A DNA stretch of 64,000 bases from Escherichia coli. GTDB lineage: Bacteria; Pseudomonadota; Gammaproteobacteria; Enterobacterales; Enterobacteriaceae. This document shows, one piece after another, positions 21,368 to 33,566 of the stretch. The stretch is from NCBI RefSeq assembly GCF_003991155.1, contig NZ_CP031293.1; one strand, 5' to 3'. Numbering within the stretch: position 1 is the stretch's first letter; each line of letters begins with the position of its first letter. The notes beneath the pieces were generated by a model, which did no database searches, was not told the DNA's origin, and saw only the letters and a list, made by a program, of their open reading frames with translations. The position numbers were made by a program, and so were the translations under genes.

Positions 21368-21386
21368 GTTGTCTAAAATTTATCTA

Positions 21387-21923
21387 CTACCCTGCAACCC
21401 TCTCAACCATCCTCAAAATCTCCTCGCGCGATAGCGGCTTACGGTCGGTGACAAAATGCAGCGTCATCCCCTCAATAAACGCATCAAGCGCGCGGGCGGT
21501 TCCGGGTTCAAACCATTGTTCGAGCGTTTGCTGACTGCGCTGCATCCAGTTTTGCATTACCGTTTTTAATAGCGGTTTTCGGCTAGCCAGCGCGTAGAGC
21601 TGGTACATCAGCTCCATGTTATCCGGCGTTGCAACCTGTGAGCTGTAGATCATATCGGTGATAGCCTGGCATGCGCCCGGAGCATCACTAACATCGCTAA
21701 AAAATGCCTGATATTGCCGGGACATGATCTCAGTAAAACGGCTGAACGCCTCCAGCAACAACTCATCAATTCCTGAAAAATAGTAAGTCATCGATCCCAA
21801 CGGTACCCCGGCAAGGGTAGCAATTTTGCGGTGTGTAACAGCATGTATTCCATAAAGTTTCACCGCCTCCAGCGTGGCCTGGATAATTTTTTCTCGCCGT
21901 TGCGGATCGTTAGCGCGACGCAT
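21387..21923 (-). CDS. rcdA: TetR-family transcriptional regulator RcdA (YbjK)
   Basis: 178 aa from [22 protein letters not shown]-terminal HTH; track ORF over-extended. Confidence 0.85.
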
Positions 21924-22006
21924 GTCATTTCCTCTCTCTACAATTGTGTACAAATGTACACAATCTTGCTAATGTTGTCTTCCCTCTTCTTATTTTGACG
22001 TGGTCT

Positions 22007-23215
22007 ATGACCGTAAATTCTTCACGTAATGCATTGAAACGCCGAACCTGGGCGCTGTTTATGTTCTTCTTTTTGCCAGGCCTGTTAATGGCGTCCTGGG
22101 CAACCCGTACGCCTGCTATCCGCGATATTCTCTCTGTCTCGATCGCTGAAATGGGCGGTGTTCTCTTTGGTCTGTCGATCGGTTCGATGAGCGGTATTCT
22201 CTGCTCGGCGTGGTTAGTGAAACGCTTTGGGACGCGTAATGTCATCCTTGTGACGATGTCCTGCGCATTGATTGGGATGATGATACTAAGCCTGGCACTC
22301 TGGCTGACATCGCCCCTGCTCTTCGCGGTTGGTCTCGGCGTCTTTGGGGCAAGTTTTGGTTCTGCGGAAGTGGCGATAAACGTTGAAGGTGCCGCCGTTG
22401 AGCGAGAAATGAATAAAACGGTTTTGCCGATGATGCACGGTTTTTATAGCCTGGGCACGCTGGCAGGCGCTGGTGTCGGGATGGCACTGACGGCCTTTGG
22501 CGTTCCGGCAACGGTGCATATTTTATTGGCGGCGCTGGTAGGCATCGCACCTATTTATATCGCCATTCAGGCAATCCCTGACGGTACGGGCAAAAATGCT
22601 GCCGATGGCACCCAGCATGGCGAAAAAGGCGTACCTTTTTATCGCGATATCCAGTTGCTGTTGATTGGTGTTGTGGTGCTGGCGATGGCCTTTGCCGAAG
22701 GTTCTGCCAACGACTGGTTACCCTTATTAATGGTTGACGGTCACGGTTTTAGTCCTACTTCCGGCTCGCTGATTTATGCCGGTTTTACCCTGGGGATGAC
22801 CGTTGGACGCTTCACCGGCGGTTGGTTCATCGACCGTTACAGTCGCGTTGCCGTGGTTCGGGCCAGTGCACTAATGGGGGCGTTGGGTATTGGGCTGATT
22901 ATTTTTGTCGATAGCGCCTGGGTCGCAGGAGTGTCTGTTGTACTTTGGGGACTAGGTGCCTCGCTGGGCTTCCCGCTGACCATTTCTGCCGCCAGCGATA
23001 CCGGCCCCGATGCACCAACCCGCGTCAGTGTGGTAGCAACGACCGGTTATCTGGCTTTCCTCGTCGGGCCGCCGCTACTGGGCTATCTCGGCGAACATTA
23101 TGGATTACGTAGTGCAATGCTGGTTGTACTGGCGCTGGTTATTCTCGCGGCTATTGTCGCGAAAGCCGTCGCCAAACCCGATACCAAAACGCAGACGGCG
23201 ATGGAGAATAGTTGA
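22007..23215 (+). CDS. ybjJ: MFS transporter YbjJ
   Basis: 402 aa from [13 protein letters not shown]; 12-TM profile. Confidence 0.85.
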
Positions 23216-24030
23216 TGAGCATTAAATTAATTGCGGTAGACATGGATGGTACTTTCTTAAGCGATCAAAAAACCTATAACCGTGAGCGGTTTATGGCTCA
23301 GTATCAGCAAATGAAAGCACAAGGCATTCGCTTTGTGGTCGCCAGCGGGAATCAATATTATCAGTTGATCTCTTTCTTTCCGGAAATTGCTAATGAAATA
23401 GCCTTTGTGGCTGAAAACGGCGGCTGGGTAGTGAGCGAAGGCAAAGATGTTTTTAATGGCGAGCTGTCGAAGGATGCGTTTGCTACTGTCGTGGAACATT
23501 TGCTGACGCGCCCGGAAGTGGAAATTATTGCCTGCGGAAAAAATAGCGCCTATACCCTCAAAAAATATGACGATGCCATGAAAACGGTGGCGGAAATGTA
23601 TTATCACCGTCTGGAATACGTCGATAACTTTGACAACTTAGAAGATATCTTCTTTAAGTTTGGTCTGAATCTTTCCGATGAACTGATTCCACAAGTACAA
23701 AAAGCATTACATGAGGCCATCGGCGATATTATGGTGCCGGTCCACACCGGCAACGGCAGCATCGATCTGATTATCCCCGGCGTACATAAAGCCAATGGCC
23801 TTCGCCAACTGCAGAAATTATGGGGAATAGACGACAGCGAAGTGGTGGTCTTTGGCGATGGCGGTAACGATATTGAGATGCTGCGTCAGGCAGGCTTTAG
23901 TTTTGCAATGGAAAATGCCGGCAGCGCGGTCGTCGCAGCAGCAAAATACCGGGCAGGCTCCAATAACCGTGAAGGCGTACTGGATGTGATCGATAAAGTT
24001 CTTAAACACGAAGCGCCATTTAACCAATAA
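23215..24030 (+). CDS. ybjI: HAD-family phosphatase YbjI (Cof-like)
   Basis: 271 aa; HAD motif IAVDMDGTFL; start overlaps ybjJ stop; paralogous to ybiV at 50259. Confidence 0.85.
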   Translation: MSIKLIAVDMDGTFLSDQKTYNRERFMAQYQQMKAQGIRFVVASGNQYYQLISFFPEIANEIAFVAENGGWVVSEGKDVFNGELSKDAFATVVEHLLTRPEVEIIACGKNSAYTLKKYDDAMKTVAEMYYHRLEYVDNFDNLEDIFFKFGLNLSDELIPQVQKALHEAIGDIMVPVHTGNGSIDLIIPGVHKANGLRQLQKLWGIDDSEVVVFGDGGNDIEMLRQAGFSFAMENAGSAVVAAAKYRAGSNNREGVLDVIDKVLKHEAPFNQ

Positions 24031-24115
24031 AAACGGCAGCACGCCCGGCAACACAATGCCTGAATGAAGGCTGCATAATTCGCGGAAATTAACCCGCTGC
24101 ATTATTTCAGGCGAA

Positions 24116-24400
24116 ATGATTATGAAAAATTGTCTACTGTTGGGCGCGCTTTTAATGGGCTTTACTGGTGTGGCGATGGCGCAAAGTGTCACCGTCGATG
24201 TGCCGAGTGGATACAAAGTGGTTGTGGTTCCTGATTCAGTCAGCGTTCCACAAGCGGTCAGCGTCGCGACTGTGCCGCAAACCGTCTATGTGGCTCCTGC
24301 GCCAGCTCCGGCTTACCGCCCGCATCCTTATGTTCGCCATCTTGCCAGCGTAGGTGAAGGGATGGTTATCGAACACCAGATTGACGACCATCACCATTAA
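24116..24400 (+). CDS. ybjH: Small secreted protein YbjH
   Basis: 94 aa with signal peptide, K-12 position. Confidence 0.8.
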   Translation: MIMKNCLLLGALLMGFTGVAMAQSVTVDVPSGYKVVVVPDSVSVPQAVSVATVPQTVYVAPAPAPAYRPHPYVRHLASVGEGMVIEHQIDDHHH

Positions 24401-24440
24401 TTTGAGAATGCCTGATCGCACAAAGCAATCAGGCATTTTT

Positions 24441-25673
24441 TTACCCTTCGTGCGAATTTCCCATCTGTTTATCTTTTAAAAAGATAACCATCAGCAACAG
24501 CCACAAAATGCCGTTGACAAGGTTGAAGAGATTAAACAGTCCGTTGCCCCCGTTCAGCCAGGCATGTTTGCTGATTTCAATACCGACGGTAAAGATCAGC
24601 ATTTGCAGCATCCCCATCGCCGCAGAAACCGTACCTTTACTCATATCGCTGGCAAACAGGGTTAATCGCACCAGTCCCGCATTCGCCAGACCAATACCGA
24701 AAGCATAAAGACTTAACCCGGCGGTCATCCATAAATACGCATGCGATGAGATAACCGTTGCCGCAGCAGCGACCAACAGACCAATCATAATCGGCCAGCC
24801 GCCCATAATAATCAGCGAACGTACGGTGCGGCGCGAGGTCAGACGCGCTAACAGCAAGTTACCCGCAATTAACGCCCCGAAAATAGGCACTTGCAGCAAA
24901 CCATATTCATAGCTGCTCAACTGCTCGCCGGTAATGATGATAATCGGCGACTGGGCGATCCACGCCAGCAATGGCAGGCTAACGAATCCCAGCGCCAGCG
25001 CCCCCGCCACAAAGCGACCGTTCTTCAGCACCAGCTTATAGTCACGACCGAGTTCTTTCAGCGACAGTTTCTCGCCTATACGCGTGGCGGTTTCAGGCAT
25101 GGCTCGTTGTAGACCGAAAAAGGAGATCGCTGCCAATGCGGCAAACAAGACAAACATCCCCTCCCAGGGCAGCACATGGATCCACGCCGCGCCCACCAGC
25201 GGACCAAGTAGCGGAGCAATCAGCGCCACGTTCGCCATCAGCGCGGTGATCTTGATACAAACCGCCTCTTCGAAGGATTCCTGAATTGCGGCGTATCCCA
25301 CAGCGCCAATGAAACAGAGGCTTATGCCCTGCAAGAAGCGCAACAGGGTGAATTGTTCAATGTTTTGCGCCAGTAATATTGCCAGACAGGTGACGATAAA
25401 CCACACCACTCCCGCCAGCATCACCGGACGGCGGCCAATACGATCCGACAGCGGCCCCAGGAGCCATTGTAAAAACATCCCGCCCGCCAGATACGCGGTC
25501 ATCGAAGTAGGAACCCAATCAATGCCCGCCTGATATTGTTCCACCACCGCCAACATACCGGGTTGAATCATATCGTTGCCGATATAGGTTGAAAATTCGT
25601 AAAGCACCAGACAGAGAGGGAAAAGTAACGCCTGACGTCCAAGCCTGGCACCGGAAGCTAATTTATTTTGCAT
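24441..25673 (-). CDS. mdfA: Multidrug efflux MFS transporter MdfA (Cmr)
   Basis: 410 aa from [14 protein letters not shown]; recognised sequence. Confidence 0.9.
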   Translation of the reverse strand: MQNKLASGARLGRQALLFPLCLVLYEFSTYIGNDMIQPGMLAVVEQYQAGIDWVPTSMTAYLAGGMFLQWLLGPLSDRIGRRPVMLAGVVWFIVTCLAILLAQNIEQFTLLRFLQGISLCFIGAVGYAAIQESFEEAVCIKITALMANVALIAPLLGPLVGAAWIHVLPWEGMFVLFAALAAISFFGLQRAMPETATRIGEKLSLKELGRDYKLVLKNGRFVAGALALGFVSLPLLAWIAQSPIIIITGEQLSSYEYGLLQVPIFGALIAGNLLLARLTSRRTVRSLIIMGGWPIMIGLLVAAAATVISSHAYLWMTAGLSLYAFGIGLANAGLVRLTLFASDMSKGTVSAAMGMLQMLIFTVGIEISKHAWLNGGNGLFNLFNLVNGILWLLLMVIFLKDKQMGNSHEG

Positions 25674-25957
25674 GCAATTTCTTCGCCAATAATAATCGCG
25701 CAAAGTTTAATAAAAGCGCAGCTAACGAGCAAGCGAATTTTGTAGCTGAAACCACGGTTAAGCACATTCTTACATTATTGCGAGTATAGCTACGCTTTCT
25801 TTAAGTTTTATTTAACCTATGCCCGTTACAATCACCCACCGTAAACAGGCCGCTTGAGGGAAATAAGACGATGCCGCTTTACCCAGTTTAACCTGCACTT
25901 TATTCTCAACGACTTGCCTGTATTGGCTCCCTTTTAATCACTTTGCGTCGGGAAGTT

Positions 25958-26554
25958 ATGCTGGAAAATTTGAATCTCTCTCTATTCTCTCTTATTAACG
26001 CGACGCCAGACTCTGCGCCGTGGATGATCTCGTTGGCGATTTTTATTGCAAAAGATTTGATTACCGTGGTGCCGCTGCTGGCCGCAGTACTTTGGTTGTG
26101 GGGGCTTACAGCACAACGGCAACTGGTGATAAAAATCGCTATCGCGCTGGCGGTCAGCCTGTTTGTGTCCTGGACGATGGGGCATCTTTTTCCGCACGAC
26201 CGACCCTTTGTCGAAAATATCGGCTATAACTTCCTGCATCATGCGGCGGATGACTCATTCCCGAGCGATCACGGTACGGTGATTTTCACCTTTGCACTGG
26301 CATTTTTATGCTGGCATCGCCTGTGGTCCGGCTCACTTTTAATGGTGCTGGCCGTCGTCATTGCCTGGTCGCGCGTTTATCTTGGTGTCCACTGGCCGCT
26401 GGATATGCTCGGTGGATTGCTGGCAGGTATGATTGGCTGCCTTAGCGCCCAGATTATCTGGCAAGCGATGGGGCATAAACTCTATCAACGTCTGCAATCG
26501 TGGTATCGCTTCTGTTTTGCATTACCGATCCGCAAAGGCTGGGTGCGTGACTGA
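25958..26554 (+). CDS. ybjG: Undecaprenyl-pyrophosphate phosphatase YbjG (PAP2)
   Basis: 198 aa from MLENLNLSLFSLINATP; PAP2 motifs PSDH / SRVYLGVHWPLD. Confidence 0.9.
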   Translation: MLENLNLSLFSLINATPDSAPWMISLAIFIAKDLITVVPLLAAVLWLWGLTAQRQLVIKIAIALAVSLFVSWTMGHLFPHDRPFVENIGYNFLHHAADDSFPSDHGTVIFTFALAFLCWHRLWSGSLLMVLAVVIAWSRVYLGVHWPLDMLGGLLAGMIGCLSAQIIWQAMGHKLYQRLQSWYRFCFALPIRKGWVRD

Positions 26555-26611
26555 TCTCTGCTAAAAAGTGTAGTATTGAGCGGCTCGCTTCAATAACTAT
26601 TCAGAGGGATT

Positions 26612-27370
26612 ATGGAAACACGTCGCGAAGAGCGTATCGGGCAGCTGCTGCAAGAATTAAAACGCAGCGATAAGTTACATCTTAAAGACGCCGCCGCCCT
26701 GCTTGGGGTTTCGGAGATGACGATTCGTCGCGATCTGAACAACCACAGTGCGCCCGTCGTTTTGCTCGGCGGCTATATTGTTCTGGAACCGCGCAGTGCC
26801 AGCCATTACCTGTTAAGCGATCAAAAATCCCGCCTGGTGGAAGAAAAACGCCGGGCGGCAAAACTGGCTGCGACGATGGTAGAACCCGATCAGACCCTCT
26901 TTTTTGACTGTGGCACCACCACACCGTGGATTATTGAAGCGATTGATAATGAAATCCCTTTTACCGCCGTTTGTTATTCGCTAAATACCTTTCTGGCGCT
27001 GAAAGAGAAACCTCATTGCCGCGCGTTTCTGTGTGGTGGTGAATTTCACGCCAGCAACGCCATTTTCAAACCCATCGATTTTCAGCAAACGCTGAATAAT
27101 TTTTGCCCGGATATCGCTTTTTATTCTGCGGCGGGCGTGCATGTCAGTAAAGGCGCTACCTGTTTTAATCTTGAAGAGTTGCCGGTAAAACACTGGGCCA
27201 TGTCGATGGCGCAAAAGCATGTGCTGGTTGTCGACCACAGTAAATTTGGCAAGGTGCGTCCGGCGCGCATGGGTGACCTGAAACGCTTTGATATTATGGT
27301 GAGCGATTGTTGCCCGGAAGATGAGTATGTGAAGTACGCGCAGACGCAGCGTATTAAGTTGATGTATTAA
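26612..27370 (+). CDS. deoR: DeoR transcriptional repressor
   Basis: 252 aa, recognised sequence with N-terminal HTH. Confidence 0.9.
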   Translation: METRREERIGQLLQELKRSDKLHLKDAAALLGVSEMTIRRDLNNHSAPVVLLGGYIVLEPRSASHYLLSDQKSRLVEEKRRAAKLAATMVEPDQTLFFDCGTTTPWIIEAIDNEIPFTAVCYSLNTFLALKEKPHCRAFLCGGEFHASNAIFKPIDFQQTLNNFCPDIAFYSAAGVHVSKGATCFNLEELPVKHWAMSMAQKHVLVVDHSKFGKVRPARMGDLKRFDIMVSDCCPEDEYVKYAQTQRIKLMY

Positions 27371-27416
27371 TGAAGTATAACCGGATGACGTTTCGCGCCA
27401 TCCGGTTATCAGAAGA

Positions 27417-28619
27417 TTAAGAGAACCAGCTGCCGAACCACTGATGGAATTTCATCATCACGAAATCCCACATCCGACCAAAGAATCCGCCCTCTTCCAC
27501 ATTTTCCATCACGATCAGCGGACGCTGCTCAATGGATTTACCGTTAAGCTGGAAATCAATGGTCCCGACAACCTGACCTTTTTTCAGCGGTGCGGTAAGC
27601 TGCGGTTCCGTTAACGTATAACTCGCTTTCAGGTTTTTCAGCTGCCCACGCGGTATGGTCACTGAGCCCGCTTCACCTGCCCCGAGATTCACTTCGCTCT
27701 TATCACCAAACCAGACGCGCTGAGTCACAAAGGTGGCATCAGGTTTAATTGGCGTCACGGTTTCAAAGAAGCGGAAACCCCAGGTCAATAATTTCTCAGA
27801 CTCATTAAAACGGATACGGTCAGTTTTCGCCCCCAGCACTACGGAGATTAAACGCATATCACCCTGGGTAGCCGAAGCAACCAGATTATATCCCGCGCCT
27901 GCAGTGGTTCCTGTCTTCATGCCATCAACATTCAGATTGCTGCTCCACAGCAGACGGTTACGGTTAGGCTGACGAATTTTGTTGAAGGTGAACTCTTTCT
28001 CTTTATGAATGGCGTACTCTTCCGGCACATCGTGGATTAATGCTTTACCCAGCAATGCCATATCGCGCGCGGTACTGAACTGCCCCGGCGCATCCAGACC
28101 GTGCACCGTCTGGAAGGTAGTGTTGGTCAGACCCAGTTTTTTGGCATAACCATTCATCAAACCAATAAATGACTCCTGGCTCCCGGCAACGTAATCGGCC
28201 AGCGCAATACAGGCGTCATTACCGGACTGGATAATCACACCTTTGTTCAAGTCTGCCACCGAAACCTGATCGCCCGGTTTGAGGAACATTACCGATGAAC
28301 CACGCAGTGCCGGATTTCCCGTCGCCCAGGCATCTTTACCGACCGTCACCATATCGGTGAGTTTAATCTTATCGGCCTTAAGCGCCTGCCCAACCACATA
28401 GCTGGTCATGATTTTAGTCAGGCTCGCGGGATCCAGTTTCTCATCCGCGTTGCCTTCTGCCAGCACTTTACCGCTGGCGTAATCCATTAAAATCCATGCA
28501 CGCGCATCCACGCTCGGCGCTTCAACGGTTTGTTCCGCCGCGAATGCCGTTGGGGCAAAAAGGAATAAAAATGCAGAACCCGCTGCAAGACCACGAAGGA
28601 GAGAGGAGTATTGCGTCAT
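27417..28619 (-). CDS. dacC: D-alanyl-D-alanine carboxypeptidase DacC (PBP6)
   Basis: 400 aa from [14 protein letters not shown]; active-site motifs SLTK, SGN, KTG. Confidence 0.9.
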   Translation of the reverse strand: MTQYSSLLRGLAAGSAFLFLFAPTAFAAEQTVEAPSVDARAWILMDYASGKVLAEGNADEKLDPASLTKIMTSYVVGQALKADKIKLTDMVTVGKDAWATGNPALRGSSVMFLKPGDQVSVADLNKGVIIQSGNDACIALADYVAGSQESFIGLMNGYAKKLGLTNTTFQTVHGLDAPGQFSTARDMALLGKALIHDVPEEYAIHKEKEFTFNKIRQPNRNRLLWSSNLNVDGMKTGTTAGAGYNLVASATQGDMRLISVVLGAKTDRIRFNESEKLLTWGFRFFETVTPIKPDATFVTQRVWFGDKSEVNLGAGEAGSVTIPRGQLKNLKASYTLTEPQLTAPLKKGQVVGTIDFQLNGKSIEQRPLIVMENVEEGGFFGRMWDFVMMKFHQWFGSWFS

Positions 28620-28864
28620 AAATGCCACCCGAGTATCCATTCAAAAAAAATACGTTATATCGCCGTATGATAAGTTCGGTGATTAATAACGCACACACAA
28701 ACTTAAAGAAACCGTAAGTTGGTAAAGTTTTTAAAGTTTATGCAATATCCTGCCGCTTCGCTGCTTCTGGTATCATTTTTTGCCAGCTGTTGCTTAAAAG
28801 TTAACTTTACTTCACCATCAAAGTCCTGTTCAGCCTGTGGCTGCCTGTCGGAAAAGGGGTGAGT

Positions 28865-29491
28865 ATGATTACGCTGTGGGGTCGGAATAATTCAACCAAC
28901 GTAAAAAAAGTATTGCTGACGCTCGAAGAACTGGAACTACCTTATGAGCAAATTCTCGCGGGCCGTGAGTTTGGGATAAATCACGATGCTGATTTTCTGG
29001 CGATGAACCCTAACGGGCTGGTGCCATTGTTGCGTGACGACGAAAGTGATCTCATTCTTTGGGAATCAAACGCCATTGTCCGCTATCTGGCGGCACAGTA
29101 CGGGCAAAAACGCCTGTGGATCGACTCACCGGCACGTCGTGCGGAAGCAGAAAAATGGATGGACTGGGCAAACCAGACGCTCAGTAATGCTCATCGCGGG
29201 ATCCTGATGGGATTAGTCAGAACACCACCGGAAGAGCGCGATCAGGCCGCCATTGATGCCAGTTGCAAAGAGTGCGACGCCCTGTTTGCCCTGCTCGATG
29301 CGGAACTGGCAAAAGTAAAATGGTTCTCTGGCGACGAGTTTGGTGTGGGCGATATCGCTATCGCACCGTTCATCTACAATTTGTTTAACGTTGGCCTGAC
29401 CTGGACACCGCGTCCAAATCTGCAACGCTGGTATCAGCAACTCACTGAACGCCCAGCAGTGCGCAAAGTGGTGATGATTCCCGTTAGCTAA
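28865..29491 (+). CDS. gstB: Glutathione S-transferase GstB (YliJ)
   Basis: 208 aa from [13 protein letters not shown]; recognised sequence. Confidence 0.9.
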
Positions 29492-30603
29492 TTGCGTGGG
29501 CTAACTTTAAGTAATTCCCCACTAGATTCGTCGGTGAGAACGTATAAATAACCGTCGGGTCCAGTGCGAACATCACGAATTCGCTGCCCTCTGTCCGTTA
29601 AAATACGGCCATCTTCTGTCACTTTGTCGCCGTTGACGCTCATCACAATGACATCTTTATCTTTCAGCGCGCCAATAAATAATTTTTGCTGCCACTGGGG
29701 GAATTTATCGCTGTTATAGAAGGCCATGCCGCTCACGGCGGGCGAATCTTTCCAGTAAAAAACAGGTTGCTCGGTCCCGGCGACGATCTCCCCTTTCGCT
29801 TCCGGTATCTTAAAGCCCGAATAGTTGATTCCCCAGGTTGCCAGCGGCCAGCCGTAGTTTTTGCCTTTTTGCGGGATATTAATTTCATCGCCACCGCGCG
29901 GGCCATGTTCATTCAGCCATAGTGCATTACTCCACGGATTCATCGCCATTCCTTGCGGATTACGAATGCCATAAGACCAGATCTCGGCGCGCTCACCGGA
30001 TTCCTTTACAAAAGGATTATCATCCGGGATTTCGCCCAGGTCGGTCAGACGCACCAGTTTGCCCTGTAATTTATCCAGATCCTGCGCCGTCGGGCGCTGA
30101 TTGTTTTCGCCCAGAGCAATAAAAAGATAACCTTTACCGTCGAATACCAGCCGCCCGCCAAAATGGTTGCCGGTAGACAGTTTTGGCATCTGGCGAAAGA
30201 CGGTGCGGAAGTCGGTCACTTTTGAGAGATCATCACTTAAGCGGCCATAACCCACAGCAGTTCCGGCTTTGCCATCATCGCCAACTTCGGAATAACTTAA
30301 CCAGATGCGGCGCGACTGAGCAAAATCAGGCGCTAAAACCACGTCCAGCAGACCGCCCTGCCCGTGCGCCCAAACGTCCGGCACTCCGGAAAGCGGCGCA
30401 GATAATCCTTTTCCTGCTTGCCAGTGACGCAACTCGCCGCCGCGCAGAGTGATTAACATACCGTGATTGTCGGGTAAAAAGGCCAGCGCCCAGGGATGGT
30501 CGAGTTTGTCTTGCAGTACTTCGACATTTACCGTTGCAGGAGCCGCCCAGAGAGCGGAAGAAAGACAAATAAGGGACACAAGGAAAAAGGATTGTCGATG
30601 CAT
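29488..30603 (-). CDS. yliI: Soluble aldose sugar dehydrogenase YliI (PQQ-dependent)
   Basis: 371 aa with signal peptide; recognised sequence. Confidence 0.9.
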
Positions 30604-30683
30604 AACGCCTCCGGATTGACTCTGGCTTAAAGCGTAGTCAGTGGAGGAGAGAACAAATTCATTTTTACAAAAACTTAAACATG

Positions 30684-30708
30684 AAGGGGGAGACGCTTTC
30701 TCCCCCTT
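30684..30708 (-). terminator. Rho-independent terminator of bssR
   Basis: Perfect 9-bp stem aagggggag / ctccccctt with a 7-nt loop; U-rich tract on the minus-strand transcript. Confidence 0.6.
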
Positions 30709-30713
30709 AGTTT

Positions 30714-31097
30714 TCAGGCCTTCTCAAGCATGGCGTGCTTCTGCAGGCTCTGGATACTCAGCGTTAAGCTCATCAGACAATTTTCAAGCTTATCGGCGTT
30801 GACGGTAATAACAGTCGGGCAATCATGGTGCCCACTCATCAAACATACTGCGGCTGTCGCTAATGCTTCTTCAGCATGATGAAGAGCACTCCACTCTTCC
30901 TGATCCAGATGAAGATTCAACCGCAGCGATTTATCGTGCAGTTCGCGATTCAGTTTAAAAAAGTTATCTCGTAGATGATTGCTTTCGCTGACGGACATGT
31001 ATCCTTTTGCCTTCCTCAGTTGCACGTATGCGGCGAGGTCAACGCGTGCGTCGATCAACCGGTTCAGCAGATCGATTCGCTGTCTGTCAACGAACAT
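30714..31097 (-). CDS. bssR: Biofilm regulator BssR
   Basis: 127 aa from MFVDRQRIDLLNRL; track ORF over-extended. Confidence 0.9.
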   Translation of the reverse strand: MFVDRQRIDLLNRLIDARVDLAAYVQLRKAKGYMSVSESNHLRDNFFKLNRELHDKSLRLNLHLDQEEWSALHHAEEALATAAVCLMSGHHDCPTVITVNADKLENCLMSLTLSIQSLQKHAMLEKA

Positions 31098-31309
31098 ACT
31101 TCGATCCTCCTCTTTCCAGCCTTGTTGCAATTAAATAGTATGGCTATTTTTTGAGCAAAATGCTGTCCAGGATCAATTCTTCACGCCGAATTAACAAAAT
31201 TTACATTTCCTTCGCCTCCGCCAGCGTATGAGATTGCGATACAAATTTTATCCAGAACTCTGTAGAATCCCTGCCCTGACCTTTCCTGTAACTGAATATT
31301 TTTTAAGCT

Positions 31310-32635
31310 ATGAGCAAAGTAACTCCCCAGCCGAAAATCGGCTTTGTTTCCCTTGGCTGTCCGAAAAACCTTGTCGATTCAGAGCGTATTCTCACCGAAC
31401 TACGCACTGAAGGTTATGACGTGGTACCGAGCTATGACGATGCGGACATGGTGATCGTCAACACCTGCGGCTTTATTGACAGCGCGGTACAAGAATCACT
31501 GGAAGCCATTGGTGAAGCGTTGAATGAAAACGGCAAGGTAATTGTGACCGGTTGTCTGGGGGCAAAAGAAGATCAGATCCGCGAAGTCCACCCGAAAGTG
31601 CTGGAAATCACCGGGCCTCATAGCTATGAGCAGGTTCTGGAGCACGTTCATCACTACGTGCCAAAACCGAAACACAACCCATTCCTGAGCCTGGTGCCAG
31701 AACAAGGCGTGAAACTGACGCCGCGTCATTATGCCTATCTGAAAATTTCTGAAGGCTGTAATCACCGCTGCACCTTCTGCATTATTCCGTCTATGCGCGG
31801 CGACCTGGTGAGCCGTCCGATTGGCGAAGTGTTAAGTGAAGCGAAACGTCTGGTTGATGCGGGCGTTAAAGAGATTCTGGTGATCTCGCAGGATACTTCC
31901 GCGTATGGCGTCGATGTTAAACATCGTACTGGCTTCCACAACGGCGAGCCGGTAAAAACCAGCATGGTCAGCCTGTGCGAACAGTTATCGAAACTGGGGA
32001 TCTGGACACGTCTGCACTACGTTTACCCTTATCCGCATGTGGACGACGTCATCCCACTGATGGCAGAAGGCAAAATCCTGCCGTATCTGGACATTCCGCT
32101 GCAGCACGCCAGCCCGCGCATTCTCAAACTGATGAAACGTCCGGGTTCTGTAGATCGCCAACTGGCGCGCATTAAACAGTGGCGCGAAATCTGCCCGGAA
32201 CTGACCCTACGCTCAACCTTTATTGTTGGCTTCCCTGGCGAGACGGAAGAAGATTTCCAGATGCTACTCGACTTCCTGAAAGAAGCACGTCTGGATCGCG
32301 TTGGCTGCTTTAAATACAGCCCGGTTGAAGGTGCAGACGCCAATGCCCTGCCTGACCAGGTTCCGGAAGAAGTGAAAGAAGAACGCTGGAACCGTTTCAT
32401 GCAGTTGCAGCAGCAAATTTCCGCCGAGCGCCTGCAAGAGAAAGTGGGCCGTGAAATTCTGGTGATTATCGACGAAGTGGACGAAGAAGGCGCGATTGGT
32501 CGCAGCATGGCAGATGCACCGGAAATCGACGGCGCGGTTTATCTCAATGGTGAAACCAACGTTAAGCCGGGTGATATCCTGCGTGTGAAAGTCGAGCACG
32601 CCGATGAGTACGATTTGTGGGGTAGCCGGGTTTAA
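31310..32635 (+). CDS. rimO: Ribosomal protein S12 methylthiotransferase RimO
   Basis: 441 aa; radical-SAM CxxxCxxC (CNHRCTFC); recognised sequence. Confidence 0.9.
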
Positions 32636-32808
32636 TTAATTTAAAGGCAGATCTAACAAGGATATTGTTCTTCGATCTGCCTCTGCTACCCTTCCCGATG
32701 TCCTACCCTTACGCACAAAATCCCCTGACGCATAAATCGAGAAAAATGTATCGTACTCGAGGCAACTCTCACTTTTTCACACCAAATTAAAGTTTTGATC
32801 GCAATTAC

Positions 32809-32844
32809 TTGAAATAAGCGTAATGGTTACTATAGTAAACATTA
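32809..32844 (+). promoter_or_regulatory. Putative promoter and operator of the toxin-antitoxin operon
   Basis: TTGAAA (32809) - 16 nt - TATAGT (32831); a 24-bp near-perfect palindrome taatggtTACTATAGTAaacatta (32821-32844) overlaps the -10; SD aagga 7 nt before ATG 32861. Confidence 0.5.
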
Positions 32845-32860
32845 CCACAAGGATGGATGT

Positions 32861-33247
32861 ATGGGTGTGTATAAGGCAAGACGATTCAGCCAAAGCACGA
32901 AAAAACTTGGTATTCACGATAAAGTTCTCATGGCTGCCGCTGAAGAAGTGATGCAGGGCATATGGGAAGCTGATTTAGGTAGCGGTGTCATCAAAAAACG
33001 TTTACCCCTCCAACAAGGAAAGAGTGGTGGAGCCAGAACAATTATCTTTTTTAAATCAGCAAATCATGTGTTTTTTTATGATGGTTGGTCCAGGAGTGGT
33101 CTAAGCAGTAAAGGAACCAAAGAAATCGAAGATGATGAACTGGCGGCCTACAAAAAAATGGCAAATGCATTTCTGGCCTTTAGCAATAAGCAAATAGAGG
33201 ATTTGATCGAAACTGGCTTTTTGATTGAGGTGAAAAATGAGCGATAA
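32861..33247 (+). CDS. Type II toxin, HigB-2 / RelE-ParE superfamily (Gp49-like), 128 aa
   Basis: Core GSGVIKKRLPLQQGKSGGARTIIFFKSANHVFFYDGW resembles the HigB-2/Gp49 motif as I recall it; small basic protein; 11-bp overlap with the downstream HTH gene; accessory insertion relative to K-12. Confidence 0.7.
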   Translation: MGVYKARRFSQSTKKLGIHDKVLMAAAEEVMQGIWEADLGSGVIKKRLPLQQGKSGGARTIIFFKSANHVFFYDGWSRSGLSSKGTKEIEDDELAAYKKMANAFLAFSNKQIEDLIETGFLIEVKNER

Positions 33248-33566
33248 ATTACAAATGATGCTGGAAGATGCAAAGGAACTGAATGCACTGGGCCTGATGT
33301 CTGATAGTGAAGTTGATGCCATTGCCGTCATGGTCAAAGCTCGTGAAGTCAGCGCCCGTATAGCCAAAGTCAAATCAATGACGGGTGAAGAGATCAAAGC
33401 CATCCGCACCCGATACGGCATGTCACAATCCGTGCTGGCACATACAATGGGAATGTCAAAAGAAAGTGTCTCGAAATGGGAACGTAATGAAATAAAACCG
33501 AGCGGCCCGGCATTACGTATTTTGAATACATTGGCAATAAAAGGGCCGGAAGTTTTTGCAAAGTAA
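33237..33566 (+). CDS. XRE-family HTH antitoxin (HigA-2-like), 109 aa
   Basis: C-terminal HTH (IRTRYGMSQSVLAHTMGMSKESVSKWERNE); translationally coupled to the upstream toxin-like ORF. Confidence 0.7.
   Translation: MSDKLQMMLEDAKELNALGLMSDSEVDAIAVMVKAREVSARIAKVKSMTGEEIKAIRTRYGMSQSVLAHTMGMSKESVSKWERNEIKPSGPALRILNTLAIKGPEVFAK

Noticed and set aside
27378-27410. Hairpin aaccggatg...catccggtt between deoR and dacC as a terminator
   Set aside because: Good stem but no adjacent U-tract on either strand; could be a weak bidirectional terminator, but evidence is insufficient to call.
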